Source of the DNA: Ophelia neglecta
Lineage: Eukaryota
Assembly (NCBI GenBank): GCA_965285935.1
Contig: OZ260664.1
Location: 56,792,001-56,856,000, forward strand
Length of the DNA stretch: 64,000 nt
Direction of reading: 5' to 3'
Within the stretch, counting starts at the first letter, position 1. Every line of letters begins with the position of its first letter. The notes under the pieces were generated by a model that had not been told where the DNA came from, made no database searches, and saw only the letters and a program-made list of their open reading frames with translations. Below, one piece after another: positions 50,337 through 61,069 of the stretch. The translations under genes were made by a program, and so were the position numbers.

Positions 50337-51902
50337 TACTGCAACCGGAAATCAGTGGCCCTGTAAATTTAAAATAAATTATAAATTTATCAGACCACAA
50401 CTCAAGCTATTGAAAATACAGGTCACTGTGCCCACCCATGTGACAATTTTCACTTTAACTAGAAGTGGCTATTCCAGAGAGTTCTTCAGATACAATGCAG
50501 GCAATAAATCTTCTTTATCTCAAAAATGGAACCTCAAAGCAATATGTTATGCACTGTTCAGGGTTTGATAGATCTCATATGTGATTGATTTAGTGTGACT
50601 TTTTGATGATAGAGTCCCATACAGGAATTCTGAGAATTTTTAATATGTCCCACTGCACACTATGTGTCAGTATCGAATGTCCCCACATTCTCACTGGATT
50701 GATGATGACTTATGTCAAGAGTCATTTTGTTTTCATACAAAATTGATAAAAAAAATTTTTTTATGAAAATTGGGTTTATGAAAAAACAATAAGTGTCTCC
50801 AAATTGAAAAACAGCAGTCCCTGCAATGTGCAGTCGCCATATTGGGCAATCTCCTGCAATGGGTTGCCATAATTTAAATGTACAAATTGTCTTTCCATTA
50901 CAATACCTGGATTGACCGGCCACCTGCTTAATGTGATTGTGGATATTCATTTCGTGCTCGTTATTCCCTGATATGAGTGGCAATTTCATGCTTTTTGGCA
51001 ATTTATTCTGCAGAAAAAATTGGTCCATCCGTGAAAACTGGTCTGTCATGTTGCATGTCTTGAGGCCAGTAGCCGGATTTTCCCCACAATGTGGATTTTA
51101 TTGCAAGTACCCAATCATAAAGGACAAAGTATAGAGTTCACTGCCAGGCAATGAACAATATCAACAGATCAAAACAAATAAAAAAGGTTTAGGTAATTAA
51201 ATGTGTTTGTTTGTTGTGATCTGATCACACAGACATCATGGATGTGTCTGACCGATCGAGAACTAATAGAGGTGGGTTGTTTGTAACAGACCTTAAAAGC
51301 TGTGCTGGAGCTTGTCCGAGATTAGTCTTTGATCTTTTGTGGTCAAAAACTGTGGCTGTTGACAGCTTTACATTGATTATATAAGACAGATGTGTCTGTT
51401 CATCGTAAAAGTTGATACCAGTGTTGATATATAGCCTAGACAAGTGATCACTTTAAATGATGGTATGGTTCATGATAAAACTTTGTAGAAGTGACTGTTA
51501 AGAATCTCAGGCTTTACTGCTCAAGGATTTGTTCATCCCATGTTAGACGACGTGCCAGCAATGTGACACTACAGGTATAGTGTAGGCCCACTCGCACGCG
51601 AAGCAACTACTCAGAATTTCACATGGTACAGATTTACCCAGAAATGTTTGACAAATAAACTGTTCATTCCTTATTATTTGTTTGTTTAATAGTATTTTTT
51701 GAAAAGTGAAATACAAAAAAATTGAAATTATTCTTAAGTTTCATATCACTTTAAATAATTAAATAAGTATAGAATCAATGATTAATTCTTCAAACTTGAG
51801 TACATAAATGTTGTCAGGTGTCTTGTCTCTCTGATGGTCACCTGCAATGTAGGGTCACTTTTGCTCAGAAGGACGGGGGACCCAAATCTCCGGGACTGCT
51901 AG

Positions 51903-52276
51903 TTTAAATAAACTTACGTCATTTCAATAACTTGTATATTTTTTATTAACAAAAGCCTTATCCTTCATGTACACAAATCCACTCACATAATTACATAGTC
52001 CACCTTAAAACATACAAAACACCAATCCATAAAACAAAAGCACTACACAAAAGACGCAGATACCCGGATGTATATACCAACATCCGGGTATCAACGGAAA
52101 TAATATCCCAAGTTATTTTCATGACTACAATTTAAATAAACTTACGTCATTTCAATAACTTGTATATTTTTTATTAACAAAAGCACTACACAAAAGACGC
52201 AGATACCCGGATGTATATACCAACATCCGGGTATCAACGGAAATAATATCCCAAGTTATTTTCATGACTACAATTT
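51903..52276. repeat. Recent tandem duplication (228-bp unit plus 143-bp deleted copy), each copy with a perfect 13-bp stem hairpin
   Basis: Copy 1 is 51903-52130 and copy 2 is 52131-52273. Copy 2 lacks the 85 bp between two AACAAAAGC microhomologies. The hairpin GATACCCGGATGT-N8-ACATCCGGGTATC occurs at 52059-52092 and 52202-52235. Confidence 0.92.
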
Positions 52277-52329
52277 AGTTTATGTATTACTGGAATTAAT
52301 ATTAGCTTTTCTAACATTGCTCCATAACA

Positions 52330-52530
52330 TGTGAGATGACCTGTAAAGGCCTGGGACCATCTTTGATGCTCTCCTTTGAAATGTTTTAATAATTTCGAAG
52401 CCTTTTTCAGGTGAGAATGCCAGCATGCTTTTCCCCCAGTCTAGGATAGGTTCATTCAAGTGCTCGTGTCTGGTACCCGGGCTGGTACATCTGAAGTAGG
52501 CCTGGAGCGTACCCCAGTCTGAGAGTAAGT
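52330..52530 (-). mobile_element. CR1-type LINE ORF2 fragment (post-RT region)
   Basis: The translation LNEPILDWGKSM...FEIIKTFQRRASKMVPGL resembles the CR1 pattern LVRPxLEY...LExVQRRATKMxPGL. Confidence 0.55.
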
Positions 52531-53061
52531 AGAGCTCTATGCCAGCAAAGCACTGCTCGCTTAGAACACACACAGGGATCAGTGTCATCATATGCTATGC
52601 TATATAGTGCAATGAAAATGATAAGAGAAAGACAATGGAGTTATCTAAGAAATGCCATAGTTAGGTCCACATGCATTATTTCTATTTAAAAATGGTTACA
52701 TTCATCTATTAACTCACTTGGAAGTAGATCTAGTCTAGTTTATGAACGGCTGTAGCGTACGACTTCAAGTTCAAGAGTGCCCTCTTGCAGCTCCTCCAGC
52801 GAACTTCCTGAACAAACTTCCGGCGTGTATAAAAGACGAAACAGGATGGCAACAAGGGCTCAGTCTGAGCTGCCTGGCTTCAGAGCAGATCAGTAGTATC
52901 AAATAACAACACAAACTTACCAATTTTCAACATAAGATGAACTTCAATACATCGAGTTCTGAGAACCATGGATGGGAGGGGGGGGGGGGGGGGGGGCAAG
53001 TACAAGGGAAAACGAGGGGCAAGTAATGAAGGGCTTTAATATTGCATGTAAAAGGAAGGTC

Positions 53062-53510
53062 AGGGGGGGGGGGGTACTCACTAATTGGAGGTATACAGGT
53101 AGGTAGGCTCCGCTGGAATGACCCCCCTTTTTTCAGGTCACAGAATTTTGATACATACTGTAAACCAGGAAATTTTCGCGAGCAGGAAATTTTCGCGAGT
53201 TTCGCGAATAGCAGACACCCGCGAAAATTACCTGCTCGCGAAAATTTCGTGTCTAAATACTACTAGTTAAATCAGTTGCAACGCATGACATACTTCACTG
53301 TTTTGGTCAGAAGCGCGAAGTTTTCCTGGCGCGAAAATATCATGTGGGGATTCCCGCGAAATTTTCCTGTCGCGAAATTTTCCTGGTTTACAGTACTTTT
53401 TGCTTGCAACATAGAATTTTGACCCCCTGTTCACTCAACATAGAATTAAGCCCCTCATTTTGATTCCTTCCTCCCCCTCTCTCTGCCATCAATTCCCGAC
53501 TACCCCCCCC
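53062..53510. mobile_element. Outer MITE with G-run termini (GGGGGGGTACTC ... GACTACCCCCCC), interrupted by a younger MITE
   Basis: Inverted G-run/C-run ends and internal (C/T)AGAATTTTGA repeats on both sides of the inner insertion. Confidence 0.5.
53158..53393. mobile_element. Young MITE with about 24-bp TIRs and TA target-site duplication (Tc1/mariner-type)
   Basis: TA|CTGTAAACCAGGAAATTTTCGCGA ... TCGCGAAATTTTCCTGGTTTACAG|TA, with multiple internal CGCGAAA repeats and CpGs intact. Confidence 0.9.
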
Positions 53511-55199
53511 ACCCTTACTCTCTCCCTGCCTGCCTCCTGCCTCCATATTTAAAAGGCGCGTTACACCACGGCATGACGTAAGCAGACGACCACATTATGG
53601 GATAAGTGATGCTTTTGCCCATCAGAGAACACCTGTTGATCACGTGCCACGTCTGGAAAAAGTGTGCCCAAAACACTGTCGTCTGTTCCCAACATAAGAC
53701 GCCTGCAATTTGATCATATGATTGCAGCTTGAACGGTGCCATGCCTAGAAAGCAAAGATTGGGGATACAAATCCATTTCTAACTGGAAAAAAAGTAAGAA
53801 GTGTTATTAGAGAAAAAAGAGCATTTTTGTGGAAATTTCTAGCAGAAATTTATCCAGCATTACAGCTCATTACAGGGCAGAAGACGGGTGATTTTTCCGA
53901 ACTGAGACGGGACTCCAGAGCGCGAGCGATCAGCGAGGCCAGCTTCCAGTTTGGTCTGTGTCGCGCTCACTCTTTAATCTGTTAATACAGACAAGTTTAG
54001 CTATAGTTTGAACCCTTTCAAGAACTGAGAAAGTTGGGAAAGAGCGGAGGAGTTAAACGAGAGAAAAGGAGAAGGAAATTGACATTTAAATGGAAAATCG
54101 ACTACATTTTTTGCCAGCAGATAGATCATTTCTGAACTCAGCCAGCCTTCAGAAAGTGAAGGAGCCTTGAATATTTGATTTCCGCACCATTACCAGATTA
54201 CAGCTGCGAGCTTCTATGATGGCATATATCTTAATAGCTGAGACAATAAGAATGAAGAAATCATCATCGGCGTTGCTGCAGTGGATAGATTATAATCAAG
54301 ATTATAATGCTTCCAAACGGCAAGTCTAACATATTTTGCAGAAGTCCCTGTAAAAGGTGACGGTAAGTGTGACAAGTTCCCTTTAGCAGGCCATTGGGGC
54401 CCCTACGGTTAGGTAGCCGTCATGTTAGATGGGGGGAACTGTAGATTAGATTATTATTGAAAAACGATGACATTCTTTTCAGATGAATGTATTTAGATCT
54501 GTTAAGAATTATGCTTACTAACCTTTGCCTCTACATGGGTATAAAAAACTTATCAAATGATAAACCAACGTGGCCGAAGTGTTTCCAATTTCAAAATAAA
54601 AAAAAAGCCTGAAGTGTTTTAAAACCTGACCATATTAAATATTTGCAGAATTAAAACAAGTGTAAGCTGCCACAATTCTTATAAATTGACAGAATTTTTT
54701 TAGAGCACCCACGTGGAGGCACAAAGTGTCATCGTTATATAAAGTTTAATGAGAGTCAGGAGACTGTAGGGTGATTATATGACTATCTGGTGTAACCAGA
54801 TAACGATGTTGTCACTGTGATTATAATGCACTTTGCTTTATATCACAGCAATACATCATGATTTTATGCCTATCTTGGTTGCTGTGCCTACAGCTTGGCC
54901 CACCCTCCTTGTCCCGCCTGTCTACTGAACCATGCTATGTTTCAGAGTACAATTAACCAGAGGAACCATAAGAATATAAGTTATTAACATAGATAGAAGC
55001 TTCCTTCTCCTTCCTTTCATTTATTTGATGTATATAATTGCTATGCTTGAAATGTGAGGATTTTGATATTAGTGGACTTCATAAAGATCAACTGAAATGG
55101 ACAGACTTGAATATTCCAATTTGGCACTGTGAAATTATCCGAAAACCAAGTGCCAAGCAAGCCATGAAAACTATCTTAACCAAGGGCCTGCCTAAGCAT

Positions 55200-55405
55200 G
55201 TCCAGACTAGACAAATAAAGGGCATATCCAGTCTTGAAACCTAGGAAATAAGGGACATCTCCAACCTTGAAACCAGGTAAATAAGGGGCTTATCCAGCCT
55301 TGAATCCATGGAGGCAAATAAGGGGAATATAAAGCCTTGAAACCAGGCAATTAAGGGGAAATCTAGCCTTGAACTGTTAAAACCTAGAGCTTTGAAACCA
55401 GGCAA
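55200..55405. repeat. Degenerate about 30-bp minisatellite, about 6 copies
   Basis: Recurring unit approximately CCTTGAAACCAGGCAAATAAGGGGCATATCCAG. Confidence 0.8.
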
Positions 55406-55552
55406 ATGTCAAGAATGGAATGACCTAAATAGTAATGAATGGTTTTGCTAGCAAAGATAGTCACTCAGCAGAGATAACAGTAAAAATAGGGTGGGCATCT
55501 TGTCTTGCCTATGCTTACCCCACTCTACCCCAGAACTCGGAAATTGTGTCCT

Positions 55553-55975
55553 TCAGTTGGTGTGTATGCTGAACATCTCGTCCATAATAAAGTTATCTTG
55601 GAAGTGATAACCAGACTGGAGTTTTTCTGGAGTTTTATTCATCATTGGAATATATGTGATTCCTTCATGAGATTAGTTATCTAGCAAGTGATAACAAGAC
55701 TATAAACATTCTGGATTATCCTCTTCTCCAAGAGCAAGGGGGATTAGGACCAAACTCTGGAACATCAGTTGGTGTGTATGCTGAACATCTCATCCATAAT
55801 AAAGTTATCTTGGAAGTGATAATCAGACTTTCTGGAGTTTTATTCATAATTGTAATATATGTGATTCCTTCATGAGATTAGTTATCTTGCAAGTGATAAC
55901 AAGACTATAAAAATTCTGGATTATCCTCTTCTCCAAGAGCAAGGGGGCTTAGGACCAAACTCTGGAACGTCAGTT
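55553..55975. repeat. About 212-bp tandem duplication (2 copies)
   Basis: The unit beginning TCAGTTGGTGTGTATGCTGAACATCTC occurs at 55553 and 55765. Each unit has an internal repeat GTTATCT(T/A)G(G/C)AAGTGATAA. Confidence 0.92.
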
Positions 55976-56714
55976 AAGTAGTTTTAATTCCTGAGCATGA
56001 ATTGTCTCTGATACTTTATAGATAAGTACTGTAAAACCTGTAATAATTTGTCCACCTAAGGTCAATTAAATTTATGGATGTGTGAATTATAACTAGCAAA
56101 ATAGTAATTTTTATTATTTGAATAAGGACATTTCATAGTCTACACATTTATCTCCATATTTATCCTCAAAAAAGGTTTTCATGTAGGTGGGCTTGTTAAT
56201 ACAGGTAAATATTTAAAGTTGTTTGGAAATGCAATGTTTGAATGAATAAAGTTTGTCTATGAAGAGGCATTACAGTAATGTGCTTCTGGCAATGTGTTCA
56301 GGTTCAGGGGTTTGTTAACATTGAAGCAAAGTTGGCAAATAGTCCTAGTAGACAGGGAAATAGTTCTTATAGGCAGGGAAAAGAGTAGGGCTTTCAAGAA
56401 AGCAATGCAACACAAATTATGGACTTAGTTGCTGTGCGAATCAGAATAGGCAACATGTCAAACTGGCTAAATTGCCGGTAGTGCGTTGGAAACAAATAAT
56501 TTTCTTTTTCAGGAATATGTTTGTGTTAAGGACCTGGACCTGGTTTTTATGTTAGATAAGTTGCAATATTGACAGCTTAGCTTCTCCCCATAATCCCAGT
56601 TAGGTCCCAGCCTTCCCCCTCCTCCCTGTTGATATCATAGTTAAGGCAAACATTCAAACAGTAAAAGTCGTGTCAATAGACACTTTAACTTCTCAGCATC
56701 TGTCTGAACGTGTC

Positions 56715-56847
56715 GGTATTTTCCGTTAATTCGCAACACTTACAGTCGATTGTTTTTTACCGTTATTTAGCAGCATTGGATTCGATATTTTCCGTTCTTT
56801 TAATCGCAGCATCGGACATCGATATTTACTGTTATTTGGCAACCCTA
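56715..56847 (-). mobile_element. hAT-like transposon terminus with about 30-bp subterminal repeats
   Basis: The minus strand starts TAGGGTTGCCA (56847-56837). The repeats GATATTTTCCGTT...GCAGCAT are adjacent. No partner end was identified. Confidence 0.35.
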
Positions 56848-57087
56848 GGCATATTTCATTTTGGCATATTTGCAGCTTTCCATATATCAGTGATCACCTG
56901 GAGGTTAGTATACAGTATTTGTTTTTGTTCATGATTTATTTTAAAGATAATCATGCTCTGTGCTTAAGTAATTTCAGTGTGTTTAATTCATTTAGATCCA
57001 GCAGATGAAAAGCCAACCGTGGCTAGCCATCTTCCTAGGGAAACAGATGATCCCTGACCTCAATCCAGGTCTATTAGCAGCACTACG

Positions 57088-58515
57088 AGCAAGGAATGGA
57101 ATGGTCAAAAGCCAATGGTCAATGGTCAAAAATGGATCCTTCATAGGTGGGTATAGATGAATGTTACTTATACAAACTTCCACCCTCTAGGTTTACAGGC
57201 AGGTATGTATTTGGGTGGTCACTAAACCTCACGTGACATCAGTCCCAGAGGTCATGCAAGGTCTCATGACCACAATGATATCTGGGGAGGTTACTGGGGA
57301 ATAGGTGCTGTCCACCACGCTGTCGCCAGGAACCCTGACCAGGGCCTATTACCATGTGATGTTACCAAGGCTCCCAGGAGCATTACCAAGGACTTTCTCA
57401 AGGGTCGCCAGCAGGTGTTACTAAGGGAAGTAAGCCAGGGTTTCACCATGGACAATCACCAGCAAGCAAGGAATGGAATCATAGCAAAAACCACTATATT
57501 GGATCATTTAAAGGTGCGTATAGATGAATGTTATTAATACAAACTTCCACCCTCTAGGTTGATAGGCAGGTATGTATTGGGGGATAAATTTGAATAGTCA
57601 CTAAACCTCACATGACATCAGTTCCAGAGGTCATGCGAGGTTAAATGACATCAATGATATCTGGGGAGGTTACTGGGGAATAGGTGATGACCACCACGCT
57701 GTCACCAGGAACCCTTACCAAGGCCTATTACCATGTGATGTAACCAAGGTTTCCAGGAGCATTATCAAGGACGTTTTCAAGGGGTCACCAGCAGGTGTTA
57801 CTAAGGGTGGTAACTAAGGGCTTCACTGTGGACAATCACCAGCAAGCAAGGAATGGAATCGTAACAAAAGCCACTAAATTGGATCATGCATAGGTGTGTA
57901 TAGATGAATGTTACTAATACAATCTTCCACCCTATAGGTTGATAGGCAGGTCTGTTTTAGAGGATAAATTTTGGTGGTCACTAGACCTCACATGCTATCA
58001 GTCCCAGAGGTCATGCGAGTCACATGACAAGTTACTGGAGAATAGGTGCTGTCCGCCACACTTTCGCCAGAAACCCTGACTAAAGCCTAGTACCATGTGA
58101 TGTCACCAAGGTCCCAGGAGCATTACCAAGGACATTCTCAAGGGGTCACCAGCTGGTGTTACCAAGGACAATCACCAGCAGGCAAGGTATGGAATCGTAA
58201 CAAAAGCCACTTAAATGGATCATTCCTAGGTGGGTATAGATGAATGTTATTCATACAATCTTCCACCCTCTAGGATGATAGGCTGGTATGTATTGGGGGA
58301 TACATTTTGGTGGTCACTAGACCTCACATGACATCAGTCCCAGAGGTCATGCGAGGTCACATGACAACAATGATACCTGGGGAGGTTATTGGAGTATAGG
58401 TGCTATCCACCACGCTGTCACCAGGAACCCTGACCAAAGCCTATCACCATGTGATGTCGCCAAGGCCCCCAGGATCACTACCAAAGAAATTACCAAGGAC
58501 ATTCACCAGCAGGCA
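57088..58515. repeat. About 340-380-bp tandem repeat, 4 diverged copies
   Basis: The anchor GCAAGG(A/T)ATGGAAT occurs at about 57088, 57465, 57845 and 58181. Shared blocks are GTATAGATGAATGTTA, CTTCCACCCT, CCAGAGGTCATGC and TACCATGTGATGT. Confidence 0.93.
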
Positions 58516-60685
58516 TATCAAAAAGCTTTAACCAAGCACAACAGGACCATAAATCTACATGAGGTACTGTAAATTGACTTTTATGAAGTTATTAACCATG
58601 AATCAGGCAAATGGAAAAAAATGTAAACATTAATAGTCTATAGAGTTTGTCATTAACTGTATATTACATTTTTTTGGACTCAGCAAACTAAATAATTTGC
58701 GAACAGAGCATTTAAAGAAAAAGGAAACAGTAAGAGTAGCTTGAAATTGTCGTGTTGCAGTATTGACAGAATTACAGCTTTTCTACTGGGCACTCTGGTT
58801 TAGGATGGGGGGCTGTTTCATCGAAAATATATTTACTTAAATATTATTCATGCCTTTTATCGAAAGGTAATGAAATAGAAATTTAAGTAGTTTCTGGTCG
58901 TGATAGTTGAAGAAGTTGTGATGTCCAGTTTTTAGTGCTTGGGACAAATCTTGTCTTCTTTCATAGGTAAACATTATGGCATGAGAATAAATGGCTTTAA
59001 TGACAGAAAATGTAACTGCTTTTTATATAGTTTGGGTTGGATTTTAGAAAACAATACTTTTTATTTAAACCTAAAGAAAAAGCTTGGCCTAGGAAAAGTT
59101 TCTTCTGTGTTGAAACCAATGAAATTGATGTTTAGGGCTGCCAGCAAGTTTGAAATATCAAGGGACTTTTCTCCTCAACAACAACAAATTTTTGAAATGC
59201 CCAGAAACCAATAAAGCGTTTTTTCATGATGAACCGCCCAAATAAAATAATTTCAGCACTATAATTATTTTTCACAAGTTTGAGAAAAATTCAAACTTGC
59301 AAATTAGCAGCTTGTTATATATATTCGCGATACTCAAATTTCTTTTCAATTTCTCATGTTTTGTTGACCAAAGTCTCTGAGATAGTGTAACTATAATCAG
59401 TAGTATTGCTGTTAATAGAAATTTGGAATTAAATTTTGCAGGTCATTTTTATTAATCAATACTACTACTTGAACCAAAAAATGTGGAAGTCGTTATAAGG
59501 CAATACTACTTCTGGAAACCATTCAGCTTTATGTTCAACAATGGGAAATTGTGGTATCCCGTAGGTCCATTTTTCACATACTTTAAAGATCTGAAATGCA
59601 TAAAAGTTTTAACCACTAAATACCCCATTAACCTATCTCTAACCACAGCACTGACTTTAAACCTTAACTTTATTAATTCCTTTAAGAGTATGTGAAGAAT
59701 TAACCCATGGTTATCAACAAACCAACAACCATTGTGGCTTTTTGGCAGCCAAAAATTGAAATTCATGTAGTTTCTAGTTGAAATGCTTGTAGATAGAAAT
59801 AATTTGAATTATATTAATTAGCTCTATTGATCCAAAGTAAAGTCATAGCCTTTCGGTTATTCACATATACACAGATCAATTTGCTGAATAAATTTTTGCT
59901 ACCAAATTATTTTAATTAAATAAAAAGTATCCAAGAATATATTTCGCAGCACAAAGTTCAGTGGAAATATAGACTTTTACAGTATGATGGTATAAAAACA
60001 TGTTCAAATATTCAAAATGTCCCCACGTCACACAGATACTGAAGAAGGATACTTTAAAAATAATTGTCATTGTGCCCTTTCTTTTAAATTGTGACTGTGG
60101 GGTTGTTGTACAGCGATTGGTTATTTCATGGTCAGAGCTTGTTCAATTGGTATCAGTACCTGACCTGGAAATTAACCATTGATTCATGTACTGTAAACTT
60201 AAAATGTCCTTTTTTTAAATGAGATTTATTTAAAGATGTGATTTTCTTAATATGTACCAAAAACATATGAATGAGTGGAATTGATCCGGTATCTGTTGGT
60301 GACCTTCACAGGCATCAATCTGAAAGGTGAGGTTAGGGTGATCTGGGGCAAAATGTTAGGCAAAGGGTTAAGAAATGCTTACTAACCGTAACTAAAGTAG
60401 ACTGTCAAAACAAGGAGAGTATTGACTGTTTTAATTTTAAAAAGCAATTTTACTGATGATTTAATGGTTTTCTGCCAATTTCTTGTTAAACAGGCATCCC
60501 TACTATAGTAGTAATTAATTTCTCTTGACTTTTGACCATTTCATGATAATTTGGTGTGAAAATGGTCATAAAATGAACTTCTTAAACACTTTTAACCTGA
60601 TGTTACTGATAATAGATGTGACAGTCTGGGACTTCTATTTGGCTGATACAGACAAATCACACAGTGATGGTTCAGTGATTTCAGA

Positions 60686-61065
60686 CAGTGTTCCCGAAAA
60701 AGACGTCGGCCCCGTCGGACAAAGCTGGTATAAAATCGTTTTGTCCGGCATAACATGCCTTTTAACATCGATCATTTTGTCCGACGGACAGGTGTTTGTG
60801 GTGAATGCTGCTTTAAATTAAACAAAACATTTATTTCTCGGCCGAAACTACGCAATCTCGATTTCCATGTTGAACATCCTCCATCTGTTTCTGACCGGCA
60901 CTAGGTGATGAGTCTGCCTTGGCCAGATTTGCGTAGGGTGGAGCGATTATCCCGGAGAGTGTCGTTCGCACAGGCACGAGTGTTTAGTAAAATGGCGTCC
61001 TTGGCAGCAGCTGCTGTTGCTAACCAACATGTAGCAAAAAGCTAGGACAAGGACCTCAACGAGCT
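60686..61065. mobile_element. CpG-rich DNA-transposon terminal region (CAGTGTTCCCG end, hAT-like) abutting the truncated transposase
   Basis: An abrupt switch to CpG-rich sequence occurs at CAGTGTTCCCGAAAAA. The internal inverted pair CCGTCGGACAAA / TTTGTCCGACGG lies at about 60712-60787. The other end is not in the window. Confidence 0.4.
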
Positions 61066-61069
61066 CAAC

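Larger units (their letters stand above)
52740..54420. promoter_or_regulatory. CpG-retaining promoter-like zone (5' end of the TPR/J gene on -, possible second transcript on +)
   Basis: CpG is locally high against depleted flanks. ETS-like ACTTCCTG/ACTTCCGG at about 52803-52823, TATA-like TATTTAAAAG at about 53546, TGACGTAA at about 53574, and CACGTG at 53641. Confidence 0.5.

Noticed and set aside
51225-51600. Short ORF and an NRGGLF peptide suggestive of a P-element/THAP remnant
   Set aside because: Too short and interrupted to support any family call.
55200-58515. Repeat arrays as CRISPR-like or snoRNA clusters
   Set aside because: The context is eukaryotic, the units are contiguous diverged tandem copies with no unique spacers, no cas genes are present, and no consistent C/D or H/ACA boxes were seen.
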